Of a DNA stretch of 33,080 bases, positions 7,843-16,501 are shown piece by piece (position 1 is the stretch's first letter; each line of letters begins with the position of its first letter). The stretch is from an uncultured Methanospirillum sp. (GTDB lineage: Archaea > Halobacteriota > Methanomicrobia > Methanomicrobiales > Methanospirillaceae): positions 1 through 33,080 of the forward strand of contig CAZWTX010000029.1 in assembly GCA_964637135.1 (NCBI GenBank), in the 5' to 3' direction. The position numbers and the translations under genes are program-made. The notes below the pieces were generated by a model, which was not told the DNA's origin, ran no database searches, and was given only the letters and a program-made list of their open reading frames with translations.

Positions 7843-8808
7843 ATGGCCAAAGTCGCAATTATCGGCGCGACCGGACGGGTTGGCCAGTATGCTGCCCTTT
7901 CGATATCGCGAATACCGTACATCCATTCCATTGTGCTGTATGGCAGATCAGGCTCCGAAACGATGCTTGAAGGCATATCCCAGGATCTCATTGACTCTTT
8001 TGCTGCAACCGGGACTGCAATCCAGGTATCGTGGACCTGTACGCTTGAAGATCTCCACGATGCCGATGTCATCGTGATCACGGCCGGTGTCTCGAGAAAA
8101 CCGGATCAGTCACGGATTGATCTCGCCTATGCAAATGCATCAATTATTGCCGATCTATCGAGCAGAATCGGTCAGATCGCCCCTGATGCCCTGCTCATGA
8201 TGATCACCAATCCGGTCGATATCATGACGCATGTCGCCCTGAAATATTCGGGAAAACAGCCAAACATGGTCTTCGGGCTTGGAACCCACCTGGATTCGAT
8301 GCGCCTGAAATCGCTGATTGCCGGTTTCTTCGGGGTTCACGTCAGCGAGGTGCATACCCGTATCATCGGGGAACACGGGGACAGCATGGTTCCGCTCTGG
8401 TCTGCGACGACCATCGGAGGCATTCAGATCTCGAACCTGCCCAGTTTTGCAAACCTGCCGATTGATCAGATCATGGATACAGTGAAATCTTCCGGCCAGC
8501 GGATCATCTCTGCCAAGGGAGCAACGGTATGGGGCCCGGGAGAAGCAATCGCCACGATTATTCGGACGATACTGGGGAACGAAAACCGGATACTGACCCT
8601 CTCTGCATATGTCAAGTCAGAAGTGCACGGGATCGGTGATGTCTGTGTCGGCGTTCCGGTCAGGATCTCACGCCAGGGAGTATGTCCCGTTCCGATCCGC
8701 ATCGATCCCCTCGAAGTTCATGCATACCAGGCATCGGTCGAGAAGATCAGAAGAATCACCGGCGAGGTCTTTGCCCATCTTGAGAACGGTGCGAAAGACC
8801 CGCAGTAA
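7843..8808 (+). CDS. mdh: LDH-like malate dehydrogenase
   Basis: IIGATGRVG Rossmann motif, TAGVSRKPDQSR loop, TNPVD, HLDSMR, GEHGDS. Confidence 0.92.
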   Translation: MAKVAIIGATGRVGQYAALSISRIPYIHSIVLYGRSGSETMLEGISQDLIDSFAATGTAIQVSWTCTLEDLHDADVIVITAGVSRKPDQSRIDLAYANASIIADLSSRIGQIAPDALLMMITNPVDIMTHVALKYSGKQPNMVFGLGTHLDSMRLKSLIAGFFGVHVSEVHTRIIGEHGDSMVPLWSATTIGGIQISNLPSFANLPIDQIMDTVKSSGQRIISAKGATVWGPGEAIATIIRTILGNENRILTLSAYVKSEVHGIGDVCVGVPVRISRQGVCPVPIRIDPLEVHAYQASVEKIRRITGEVFAHLENGAKDPQ

Positions 8809-8825
8809 AAAAGTATTCTATTTTC

Positions 8826-9083
8826 TTATACCAGCGTTGACCCGATGATCTCGGCACGCTCAACGCCTTCGATTCCGTTCAGGGTGTTCTCGACGATCTC
8901 GGTCTGACCCTCTGCGTCCGGAACCACCACTGCCACCTTCAGCGAGACCAGCCCGAAGCCAATAGGCTCCTCGCGAATCTCCTGAACACGGGGAAGTGCT
9001 GCCTTGATTTGCTCCTTGATCTTCTCTCGGTTGATTTCCGGGGACTCAGGCATCACCTTGATGATAAGGGCGACGTCTCCCAT
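8826..9083 (-). CDS. ef1b: Translation elongation factor aEF-1 beta
   Basis: MGDVALIIKVMPESPE...EEPIGFGLVSL signature. Confidence 0.96.
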   Translation of the reverse strand: MGDVALIIKVMPESPEINREKIKEQIKAALPRVQEIREEPIGFGLVSLKVAVVVPDAEGQTEIVENTLNGIEGVERAEIIGSTLV

Positions 9084-9086
9084 GGT

Positions 9087-9248
9087 TCAGGGTCCCTCGA
9101 ATCCACAGGTCGTGCAGACATAACTGATGCTCTGTTCCCTGCACCGGAAGCACCGGTGGATCTTGGTACCGCAGGCCGGGCAACCGAACTCAACTGAGCC
9201 CTGTTCTGCCATCGGGCCATTGCATGATGTGCATTTCTCTTCGCTCAT
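9087..9248 (-). CDS. Small double Zn-ribbon protein (DUF1610/HVO_2753-like), 53 aa
   Basis: Below the ORF-track cutoff. Manual translation MSEEKCTSCNGPMAEQGSVEFGCPACGTKIHRCFRCREQSISYVCTTCGFEGP has four CxxC and terminal GFEGP. Typical position upstream of aEF-1beta. Confidence 0.93.
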   Translation of the reverse strand: MSEEKCTSCNGPMAEQGSVEFGCPACGTKIHRCFRCREQSISYVCTTCGFEGP

Positions 9249-9279
9249 ATGTGGATGTCTCCAGAGATGCTTACGTTAT

Positions 9280-9888
9280 TCAATCTGATGACGGATAAAG
9301 ACTGGTGCCAAACCGGGTACCGGAACCATCCATCCCCAGAAGATGGTCTGATACCCGCTTCTGGTCTGTTCCATTGATAATCCACCCGGAGACGTGGTGT
9401 TGCATAATAAACCTGAAGAACGCCGGGTCGAGATCCGCGGTTGCCCCGTCCCGGTCGAGGACCGGAACCGGAACACCATCCACCCTGACCTGATCGATGG
9501 ACTTGAGAATCAGGAGGGGCAGTCCGAGTTCGGCCGCCACCCAGGCGCTGATGGTGTCAGACGTGATGTCCCAGGAATGGGGCAGGGGATCCCGGTCACG
9601 CATGATCCCATACGGGAGGAGGATGACCGGCCCGGCAGGAACCGCCATCCGGGAGGTCACCGGGATACCGAACGACGAGAGGTACCACCCGAACTGGTCC
9701 ATCGCTGCGATGGCCATCCAGTGGGCAGGCGTTCCTTGTGTACCGGCAGCCCGGATGGTATCGGCGAACACCCCCCCGCCGGGGATGATAAGAAGATCCG
9801 GATTGATCCTCCGGATGGTAGCGATCACCGCGCCGGCATGCGGGAAAAGACTCCCACCCAGTTTCATCACGACTGGTCTCCTCGCCAT
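9280..9888 (-). CDS. Amino-acid-kinase family protein (MfnE-like, methanofuran pathway kinase; often annotated uridylate kinase-like)
   Basis: VVMKLGGSL, PGGGVFAD, AHWMAIAAMDQFG and PHSWDITSDTISA motifs. Start at MARRPVV (9888). Confidence 0.8.
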   Translation of the reverse strand: MARRPVVMKLGGSLFPHAGAVIATIRRINPDLLIIPGGGVFADTIRAAGTQGTPAHWMAIAAMDQFGWYLSSFGIPVTSRMAVPAGPVILLPYGIMRDRDPLPHSWDITSDTISAWVAAELGLPLLILKSIDQVRVDGVPVPVLDRDGATADLDPAFFRFIMQHHVSGWIINGTDQKRVSDHLLGMDGSGTRFGTSLYPSSD

Positions 9889-9934
9889 GTTCAGTTCAGC
9901 ATGTTCATGTGATGAACAGATAAACCATTGGAAT

Positions 9935-11602
9935 ATGCGTCTCCCGGTCCTCATCCTGCTCTTCTTCGTCCTTGTTCAGGCCGCGGGAGCAGTGATGATC
10001 ACTGAGATCTATCCGGACACCCTCCTCGACGGGGATCCCGATGAATTTGTCACCCTGAACGGGACCGGTTCCCTTGACGGGTTCGCCCTCTCGGACGGTG
10101 AGGGGGTGATCCGGTTTCCTTTGGGGACCGTCTCCCCGGGAAGGGTCGTGATCGCCCGGGAAGCAGCATCCTTCCAGCAGGTATGGAAAACCCGGCCAGA
10201 TTACGAATTGAAAGATACATCTCCTGATGTCCCGCAGCTCCCCGTTACCGGTTCATTCCAGCTTGCAAACAAGAAAGATGAACTTGTACTGACCAGGAAC
10301 GACCGGATAGTTCAGTCCGTCTCGTGGCCAGATGAGATCGCCTCTCGAAAGGGACAGGTACACCTGCTCGGTGCAGACGGGAAATGGGACGAACGGATCC
10401 TGATGGAAGGGGCAAGTCGCTTTGACCCTCTCACCGTGTCAAATGCCTCCGGGATCATGGCAGTCTCCCCTGACTGTGCCAGGGAACTTCTCGAGGAGAC
10501 GATCCTTTCTGCAGAGGAGGAGATCCTGCTTGACGTATATGAGTTCACTGATCCCGGTATTGCTGCACTCCTCTGTGAGAGAAAGGCAGCAGGTGTCAAT
10601 ATCACGGTACTGATGGAAGGGGGACCGGTCGGCGGGATCACGCCGGAAGAGAAGACTGTCGTCGCCCGGCTCTCATCAGCCGGGATACCAGTGTATCTCA
10701 TGTCAGGAACCGGCATGCGGGCACCGTACCGGTATACCCACGCAAAGTTTCTGGTCACCGACAGGAACGCGTTATTCCTGACTACTGAAAATGTCAAGCC
10801 ACACTCCTTTCCTCCCCCGGGCCGGTTCGGCAACCGCGGCTGGTCGGTTCTGGTGAGATCTGAACCGCTTGCCGCCTATTTTGCCCGGGTCTTCTTTGAA
10901 GATCTTGACGGACCGGGTGTTGCCATGTCGGCAGGATCTCCCGGGCCCGAGGATCCACTCCCGGCAGGATCCTATGCCCCGTCGTTTGCCTGCTATCCAT
11001 TCACCAATGCGACCGTTACCGCCGTGTTATCCCCTGACACGAGTTCACTCGTGTCGGAGATGATCAATCACGCAGAAAAGCGGGTCTGGGTCCAGCAGGC
11101 GTATATCAGGAAGTACCCGGAAGGAAAGGAACATCCGTATCTTGATGCGATCCTCTCGGCAGCACGGCGGGGCGTCGAGGTCAGGGTGCTTCTTGACGCC
11201 TACCCGTACAACGTTGAGGATGATGCTGACAACGACGAAATGGTAGACTACCTGAATGGATGTGCTGAGCGGGAAGGCCTGCCCCTTACGGCACGCCTGA
11301 TAGATCTTGCGGGAACCGGTCTCCTCAAGGTACATACCAAGGGTGTGATCGCGGACGGGTCGGCCCTGGTTTCCAGTATCAACTGGAACGAGAACTCTCC
11401 GACATTTAACCGGGAAGCCGGGCTCATCATCGATCATCCGGGCACGGCTTCCTACCTCGCCGCAGTGTATGAGAAGGACTGGCAGGGTGTTGGTGCTCCC
11501 CGGGAGGCCCCGATGCCGGGAAGTGGTTTTGAACCGGTAAAAATCGGATTACTGGCAGGTGTTATGGCCCTGCTGGTCCTGTTCCTGCTCAGAAAACGGT
11601 GA
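9935..11602 (+). CDS. Secreted, C-terminally anchored phospholipase D superfamily protein with N-terminal lamin-tail-like domain
   Basis: Signal peptide MRLPVLILLFFVLVQAAGA, VMITEIYPD...DEFVTL, two HKD motifs (HAKFLVTD, HTKGVIAD...SSINWN), and C-terminal TM plus RKR. The ORF-track start at 9497 is an artefactual extension. Confidence 0.87.
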   Translation: MRLPVLILLFFVLVQAAGAVMITEIYPDTLLDGDPDEFVTLNGTGSLDGFALSDGEGVIRFPLGTVSPGRVVIAREAASFQQVWKTRPDYELKDTSPDVPQLPVTGSFQLANKKDELVLTRNDRIVQSVSWPDEIASRKGQVHLLGADGKWDERILMEGASRFDPLTVSNASGIMAVSPDCARELLEETILSAEEEILLDVYEFTDPGIAALLCERKAAGVNITVLMEGGPVGGITPEEKTVVARLSSAGIPVYLMSGTGMRAPYRYTHAKFLVTDRNALFLTTENVKPHSFPPPGRFGNRGWSVLVRSEPLAAYFARVFFEDLDGPGVAMSAGSPGPEDPLPAGSYAPSFACYPFTNATVTAVLSPDTSSLVSEMINHAEKRVWVQQAYIRKYPEGKEHPYLDAILSAARRGVEVRVLLDAYPYNVEDDADNDEMVDYLNGCAEREGLPLTARLIDLAGTGLLKVHTKGVIADGSALVSSINWNENSPTFNREAGLIIDHPGTASYLAAVYEKDWQGVGAPREAPMPGSGFEPVKIGLLAGVMALLVLFLLRKR

Positions 11603-11604
11603 TA

Positions 11605-12285
11605 TCAGAGGTATTCCCTGAGAAACACGAAGATGAGATAGTAGAGGGAGACACCGAGCATCAGCACCCCGGCTGCCCGGTTGATGATCCCGTGCCGGTT
11701 TGTCAGGAACTCAATGATCCACCGGTTCTGTCGCATCGGCAGCGCCGAGAGGAGAAGGAGTGGTGTTGCCATCCCTACCCCGAAGAGGACAAAGTTCAGG
11801 AAGTTTGCCAGGAAGTCTGCTGTCGTCGTGGAGAGGGCAAAGAGCAGGATCACCGCGGCCGGGTTGCAGGGCATGGCGACCAGGCCGAAGAATGCCCCGA
11901 AGAGAAGTGCCGTGACATAGGGGGTTTTGCCGACCGGGGTATCGATGGTTGGGAAGAATCTCCCGATATCATACCCGATGATCATCCCGATACTCATGAG
12001 GGCAAGGAGGAGGTAGATGACCGGACCGAGGATCCCGATAACCACTGATGCAGAGACCTTCAGGATTGCCACAAAGAGAAGGCCGAAGCTGAACATGGCA
12101 AGGAGAACGCCCGCGGTGACGACAACTCCGAGCAGTACCGTTGAGATCTTCTCTTCTTTACCTGCCCTGCCTGCAAGAAAAGCAAGATACCCGGGATACA
12201 TCGGAAGCACACACACTGCTCCGAGCGGGGTATACAGGCCGGCAAGAAAAGAGAGAGCCCATATTTCAGGACTGAACGCTATCAT
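11605..12285 (-). CDS. ccdA: CcdA/DsbD-type transmembrane thiol-disulfide electron transporter
   Basis: About 6 TM helices. AG...CVLPMYPGY and GAFFGLVAMPC carry the two catalytic cysteines. Confidence 0.82.
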   Translation of the reverse strand: MIAFSPEIWALSFLAGLYTPLGAVCVLPMYPGYLAFLAGRAGKEEKISTVLLGVVVTAGVLLAMFSFGLLFVAILKVSASVVIGILGPVIYLLLALMSIGMIIGYDIGRFFPTIDTPVGKTPYVTALLFGAFFGLVAMPCNPAAVILLFALSTTTADFLANFLNFVLFGVGMATPLLLLSALPMRQNRWIIEFLTNRHGIINRAAGVLMLGVSLYYLIFVFLREYL

Positions 12286-12286
12286 C

Positions 12287-12871
12287 CTACACACAAAGTG
12301 AAGATGCTGCTTTTGTCAGGGTACCGGCGTCAAAGACCCCTGAACCAAGCCGGTTGGCCCCGTTTTCACAAGCAATAACCGTCTGTGGGATCTCAAGGAC
12401 GAAGTTCGGGCTGTACGCACCGATGAGTACCTTTGTCATCTCGGAGGGGGCGTTTGCATAGTACCCGGCAAACCGGTTCTTCTCGACATGTCGCTTCACG
12501 GTTGCGGTATCCTCGTTCGGATCAATGTCAAGTCCGACGACGATGTACTCATCCGGATGTTCTGCCATGAGTTTCGAGGATTCCTGGAGTTGCATGGAAC
12601 ATCCGGAACACCAGACCGCGAAGGTGTGGATGATCACCGGTTTCCCGGTGGCAAGGAGTTGCCTGATATTGAATCGTTCACCGGTGACGACATCGGTCAG
12701 GTTGGTCTCTGTCCAGCTGGGTCCCGATGTCGGGACTGATTCCTGAACCTTCGGGTCGGTGATTATGGTATCCGTGGTGGTGATCTGTTCTGATGCGAAG
12801 CATCCGGTGATCACCACGGACAGGAGCAGGGCTGTGAAGGCCACTGCTGCCTGATACCGGCTGACGTGCAT
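12287..12871 (-). CDS. Extracytoplasmic thioredoxin-like (TlpA/ResA-type) protein, probable lipoprotein
   Basis: Hydrophobic N-terminus ending in ITGC, GKPVIIHTFAVWCSGC active site, and IP cis-Pro motif. Start uncertain (12871, 12898 or 12907). Confidence 0.8.
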   Translation of the reverse strand: MHVSRYQAAVAFTALLLSVVITGCFASEQITTTDTIITDPKVQESVPTSGPSWTETNLTDVVTGERFNIRQLLATGKPVIIHTFAVWCSGCSMQLQESSKLMAEHPDEYIVVGLDIDPNEDTATVKRHVEKNRFAGYYANAPSEMTKVLIGAYSPNFVLEIPQTVIACENGANRLGSGVFDAGTLTKAASSLCV

Positions 12872-12939
12872 ATAGAAGGTTCGGATCTGCTGGTTCATAT
12901 AGTTCATAGTGTCCGCATACCGGAAATGGGGGTGTTTTG

Positions 12940-14292
12940 TCAGGGATAGAACCATTGAATTCCGAACGCGATAACAAAAGTGACCAGGCCGAAGATGATC
13001 TGGGGCAGGGTATACCACCTGAAGATCTTTTTCACCTCGTCACCGGTGGTCCGGTGAAGCAGCCAGAAGTAGGGATCGGTCACGAAACAGATCACCCCTG
13101 CCCCGGCAATGACCATGAGGATCAGGGCAAGCGGGTTCATCATGCTGGGCAGTGCCGTGGATGCAAGGAGCATGGCAGTGGTGGATGAGGTGACGATACG
13201 CGATCCCTGTGCCGTCTGGATGAGGGCAGCCAGGGCAAACGGGATGAAAATCAACGGAACATGGTTGGCAAGGAATTCGAGGGCATCGTTTGAGAAGGTG
13301 CTACCATACGTGATTACGTACCCGAGGGCTCCTGCACCGCAGATATCGAAGATTATCACCCCGGCATGTTTTGCCCCGAGCACAAACCCGGTCCATCGCC
13401 GTTCCGGTACTGCAATCAGGACCGAGGTGACCATTCCGGCGAACATGATGAACTGGAGGAGGCTCATGTGGCTGAGGCCCATGACAAAGAGGCCGAATGG
13501 TATGCCGGCAAAGATGACGATGAACGGGGCCCAGGCTTTCAGATGGAGCCGCCTGGGTGCGGTATCATGTTCAGTTTCTTCGTTGGCAGGATACCCGGCC
13601 GGTTCCACGGGTTCCTGTCCTGGTACGAGCGGATGGATGACGGTATCTTCGGGTTCCCGTGAAATTACTCCGGAAAATTCCGGCTCCTCCTCCCATGAGA
13701 ATGACCGCTTCACGATGATGATGAATGGGACAAGGAGAAGCAGGGAGAGCGGAATGATGAGGAGATCATACGTGAACGGAGAGAGCCGGTGGCCGAAGGA
13801 GTCAAAGAGTGAGAAGGTGACCGGAGTCGGATACACGTATGCTATTCCGACCGCACTTCCCAGTGCCACCAGGTAGAGCAGGGTGTTTCTCTTCTCCTGG
13901 TTCCCGGTGAGTCGTTCAAGGACCGGTGTTAAGACCATGTACGCGGTTATCGGGCAGGTTGACGGAATTGCAATAATGTACCCGGCGACCGCCGAGAGCG
14001 TGGGTGGTTTTCTCAATACCCTTTTTACGTCGTCAATCAGGCCCTGGATGAGTCCCTCCTCAACGAGATATTTCGCGATGACCGATCCTGCCAGGATCGG
14101 TATTCCCAGGCTGTTGAAGATGGCAGCACACCCCATTGCAACCTGTTGGAAAACGGTATCCGGGCTGGATCCGACAGCCAGGCCGAAGGCGATCGCTCCG
14201 CCTACGAGGGTGAAGAAGGGAGGGACCTTGTACCGGATCCCGATCACAGATATTGCGACGAGAACCAGAACAAAGATCAGAAGGGTATTCAT
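12940..14292 (-). CDS. GntP-family (gluconate permease-like) transporter
   Basis: Highly hydrophobic. AALIQTAQGSRIV and ICFVTDPYFWL resemble the GntP AQGS and NDSGFW motifs. Confidence 0.8.
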   Translation of the reverse strand: MNTLLIFVLVLVAISVIGIRYKVPPFFTLVGGAIAFGLAVGSSPDTVFQQVAMGCAAIFNSLGIPILAGSVIAKYLVEEGLIQGLIDDVKRVLRKPPTLSAVAGYIIAIPSTCPITAYMVLTPVLERLTGNQEKRNTLLYLVALGSAVGIAYVYPTPVTFSLFDSFGHRLSPFTYDLLIIPLSLLLLVPFIIIVKRSFSWEEEPEFSGVISREPEDTVIHPLVPGQEPVEPAGYPANEETEHDTAPRRLHLKAWAPFIVIFAGIPFGLFVMGLSHMSLLQFIMFAGMVTSVLIAVPERRWTGFVLGAKHAGVIIFDICGAGALGYVITYGSTFSNDALEFLANHVPLIFIPFALAALIQTAQGSRIVTSSTTAMLLASTALPSMMNPLALILMVIAGAGVICFVTDPYFWLLHRTTGDEVKKIFRWYTLPQIIFGLVTFVIAFGIQWFYP

Positions 14293-14392
14293 TCCTCAGG
14301 TCTTCTACCTGAGAATATATCAACATGAGAGAGTATTCCGTCCTGATTCCGAGAGATAATCTCCCGTTTTCCTCTGGTCGGGGGTGACGGAT

Positions 14393-14761
14393 ATGTTTCT
14401 CTCCCGGCAGGAGCGGACCGGGTTCATTCTCCTGATCCTGGTGACGGCCTCCTGTGCGGCCGGATCATATCTCCTTGATGGCATCGGCAAAGATCCATTT
14501 GCCGCCGGATATGCGCCCGATCTGCCGGAAGGAACCCTCGTCAGGCTTGACGGGCAGGTTGACGAGGTGACCCGGACAAGCCAGGGAGGCCATTATATCC
14601 TGAAAGTCCGTGGGATCCAGGTGTTCATACCGGAAGGTTCGATCCCTGATCCGGTCCCCGGGCAGGGTGATCAGATCAGGATTCTCGGCACGATACAGCA
14701 CTGGCAGGGGGCACCCGAGATCGTCGTGGAGAGCAGGAGTGACATCACGGTTTACCGGTGA
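14393..14761 (+). CDS. Membrane-anchored OB-fold protein, hypothetical
   Basis: N-terminal TM, then GTLVRLDGQV...GGHYIL...GDQIRILGTIQHWQGAPEI, an OB-fold pattern. Start GTG 14384 or ATG 14393. Confidence 0.7.
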   Translation: MFLSRQERTGFILLILVTASCAAGSYLLDGIGKDPFAAGYAPDLPEGTLVRLDGQVDEVTRTSQGGHYILKVRGIQVFIPEGSIPDPVPGQGDQIRILGTIQHWQGAPEIVVESRSDITVYR

Positions 14762-15602
14762 TCTCAAGAGAGAGGTCCGCGTTCCTGACCGAGTGGGTCA
14801 GGGATCCCATACTGATACGGTCGATGGGAAGAGCTGCATATGCCCCAATCTCATCTTCCTGTATCCCGCCTGAGATCTCGATCACTACTTTCTCCCTGAG
14901 ACCTGCCTGCCTGAGTGCCCGGATCGTCTCCTCTGCCTGTTTCACGCTCATGTTGTCAAGGAGAAGAATGTCTGCCCCTTCCACGGCAGCCACGATGGCA
15001 TCTTCAACAGATTCGACCTCTGCCTCAACCCGGTGGTATATTCCCGCTGCCTTCGCCCGTCTGACTGCTTCCTGTAAGGGAACGAGGGTCCGGTGGGTAT
15101 CCTTGATGAGGATTGCATCAGAGAGGCTGAACCGGTGGGGATCCGCACCCCCGATCATGGCAGCCTTCTTGTCCATGAGGCGAAGACCCGGTGCGGTTTT
15201 TCTCGTCGCTGCAATTCTGCAATCAGGGTTAACTGCCGCGATCCGGTCCCGGATCTGCCGTGTCCTGGTTGCAATTCCGCTCATCCGTCCCATGATATTC
15301 AGGGCAGTCCGTTCGATGAGAAGGATTGATCGGGCCGGTCCTGCAAGGTCTGCGACAATCGTTCCTGCGGCCGCCGCCTCCCCGTCACGCCCCGGAAATG
15401 AGGTTGCAATCCCGAAATGATCACAGAGAGCCCGCAGTTCGGCAAGTCCTGCGAGGATCAGATCCTCGCGTGCAATGATAACTGCCGTGCAGGAGATCTC
15501 ATCAAGCACGGCCATGCTCGTGATATCCCCGAACGGGGCATCTTCTTCGATGAATGCGAGAAGGTTCCGGAGCGGAATATCGGGTAATGCTGCCTGATTC
15601 AT
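14745..15602 (-). CDS. nadC: Nicotinate-nucleotide pyrophosphorylase (quinolinate phosphoribosyltransferase)
   Basis: EDAPFGDITS, ATRKTAPG, HRFSLSDAILIKD, LLDNM and EISGG motifs. Confidence 0.96.
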   Translation of the reverse strand: MNQAALPDIPLRNLLAFIEEDAPFGDITSMAVLDEISCTAVIIAREDLILAGLAELRALCDHFGIATSFPGRDGEAAAAGTIVADLAGPARSILLIERTALNIMGRMSGIATRTRQIRDRIAAVNPDCRIAATRKTAPGLRLMDKKAAMIGGADPHRFSLSDAILIKDTHRTLVPLQEAVRRAKAAGIYHRVEAEVESVEDAIVAAVEGADILLLDNMSVKQAEETIRALRQAGLREKVVIEISGGIQEDEIGAYAALPIDRISMGSLTHSVRNADLSLEITGKP

Positions 15603-16501
15603 GGTACTGCAAGCATCCGGTCAAGCGCCTGCCGTGCAGGAGCGAGGATCGCAGGATCGATGGTAACCTCCCCTGACAGATGCTCAAGACAGGAAAGAAG
15701 TTCCTGAAGGGTTATCTTCTTCATGTCTGCACAGATGGCATCCTCTTTCCCGAGGAACACCTGTTCAGGCAGGATCTCCTGGAGCCGGTCGACCATCCCT
15801 TTCTCGGTGAAGATATGCCAGGGTCCCGTGCCGGCTGCCACCTCAGCCATCTTTCCGGTGGAGATGACATGATCGGCCTGTTCCTGGATCGGTGCCGGGC
15901 ATTCGGGGTGGGCGATGATTTTTCCTCCCCTGGCCCGGACCGAACTGACATCGTCCAGAGTAAACCCGGTATGGACATAACAGTGTCCTTCTGGGGGGAG
16001 GGCAATGATCTCCTTGTCGGGGAGCTGGCGGCTGACATACCCGGCAAGGTTGGCATCAGGCCCGAAGAGGATCTGCCGGTTTGGAAGGGAACGCACGACC
16101 CTGACCGCATTACCCGAAGTACAGATGATATCTGCGACCGCCTTGCAGGAGGCGGTGCTGTTGATGTATACAACCACCGCCGCCCCGGGATAACGCTTCC
16201 GTGTATTCAGGATCAGTTCAGGGGTCAGGAAATCGGCAAGCGGACATCCTGCGTCAGGGGCCGGGATGAGCACGGTTCTTGTCGGATTAAGGATCCTGGC
16301 GGTCTCTGCCATGAACCTGACTCCGCAGACGACGAGGATATCTGCTGTCGTATCCCGGGCTTTCAGGGATAATTCGAGACTGTCCCCGATAACATCTGCA
16401 ACGTCGTGGATCTCAGGAACCTGGTAATTATGGGCAAGAATAACTGCATTTTTCTCCTTCTTGAGGAGGTGGATCCGGTGGGTAAGATCATCATCTTTCA
16501 T
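15599..16501 (-). CDS. nadA: Quinolinate synthase
   Basis: ILAHNYQ, GDSLEL, CGVRFMAE, GCPLAD, YINS, CTSGNA, AHPEC and CADMKK motifs. Confidence 0.96.
   Translation of the reverse strand: MKDDDLTHRIHLLKKEKNAVILAHNYQVPEIHDVADVIGDSLELSLKARDTTADILVVCGVRFMAETARILNPTRTVLIPAPDAGCPLADFLTPELILNTRKRYPGAAVVVYINSTASCKAVADIICTSGNAVRVVRSLPNRQILFGPDANLAGYVSRQLPDKEIIALPPEGHCYVHTGFTLDDVSSVRARGGKIIAHPECPAPIQEQADHVISTGKMAEVAAGTGPWHIFTEKGMVDRLQEILPEQVFLGKEDAICADMKKITLQELLSCLEHLSGEVTIDPAILAPARQALDRMLAVP

Noticed and set aside
7541..7970. Short ORFs over 7541-7970
   Set aside because: The region is explained by the SRP RNA and the start of mdh.
9497..9934. 146-aa N-terminal extension of the PLD ORF in the track (701 aa)
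   Set aside because: It lies antisense to the amino-acid-kinase gene. A clean signal peptide begins at ATG 9935.
13109..13876. Long antisense ORFs (this one, and also 2252-2950, 14758-15420, 15680-16372, 17439-18212, 21273-22136, 24709-25533, 26079-26816)
   Set aside because: All are opposite well-supported genes, have no motifs, and are expected in GC-rich coding DNA.
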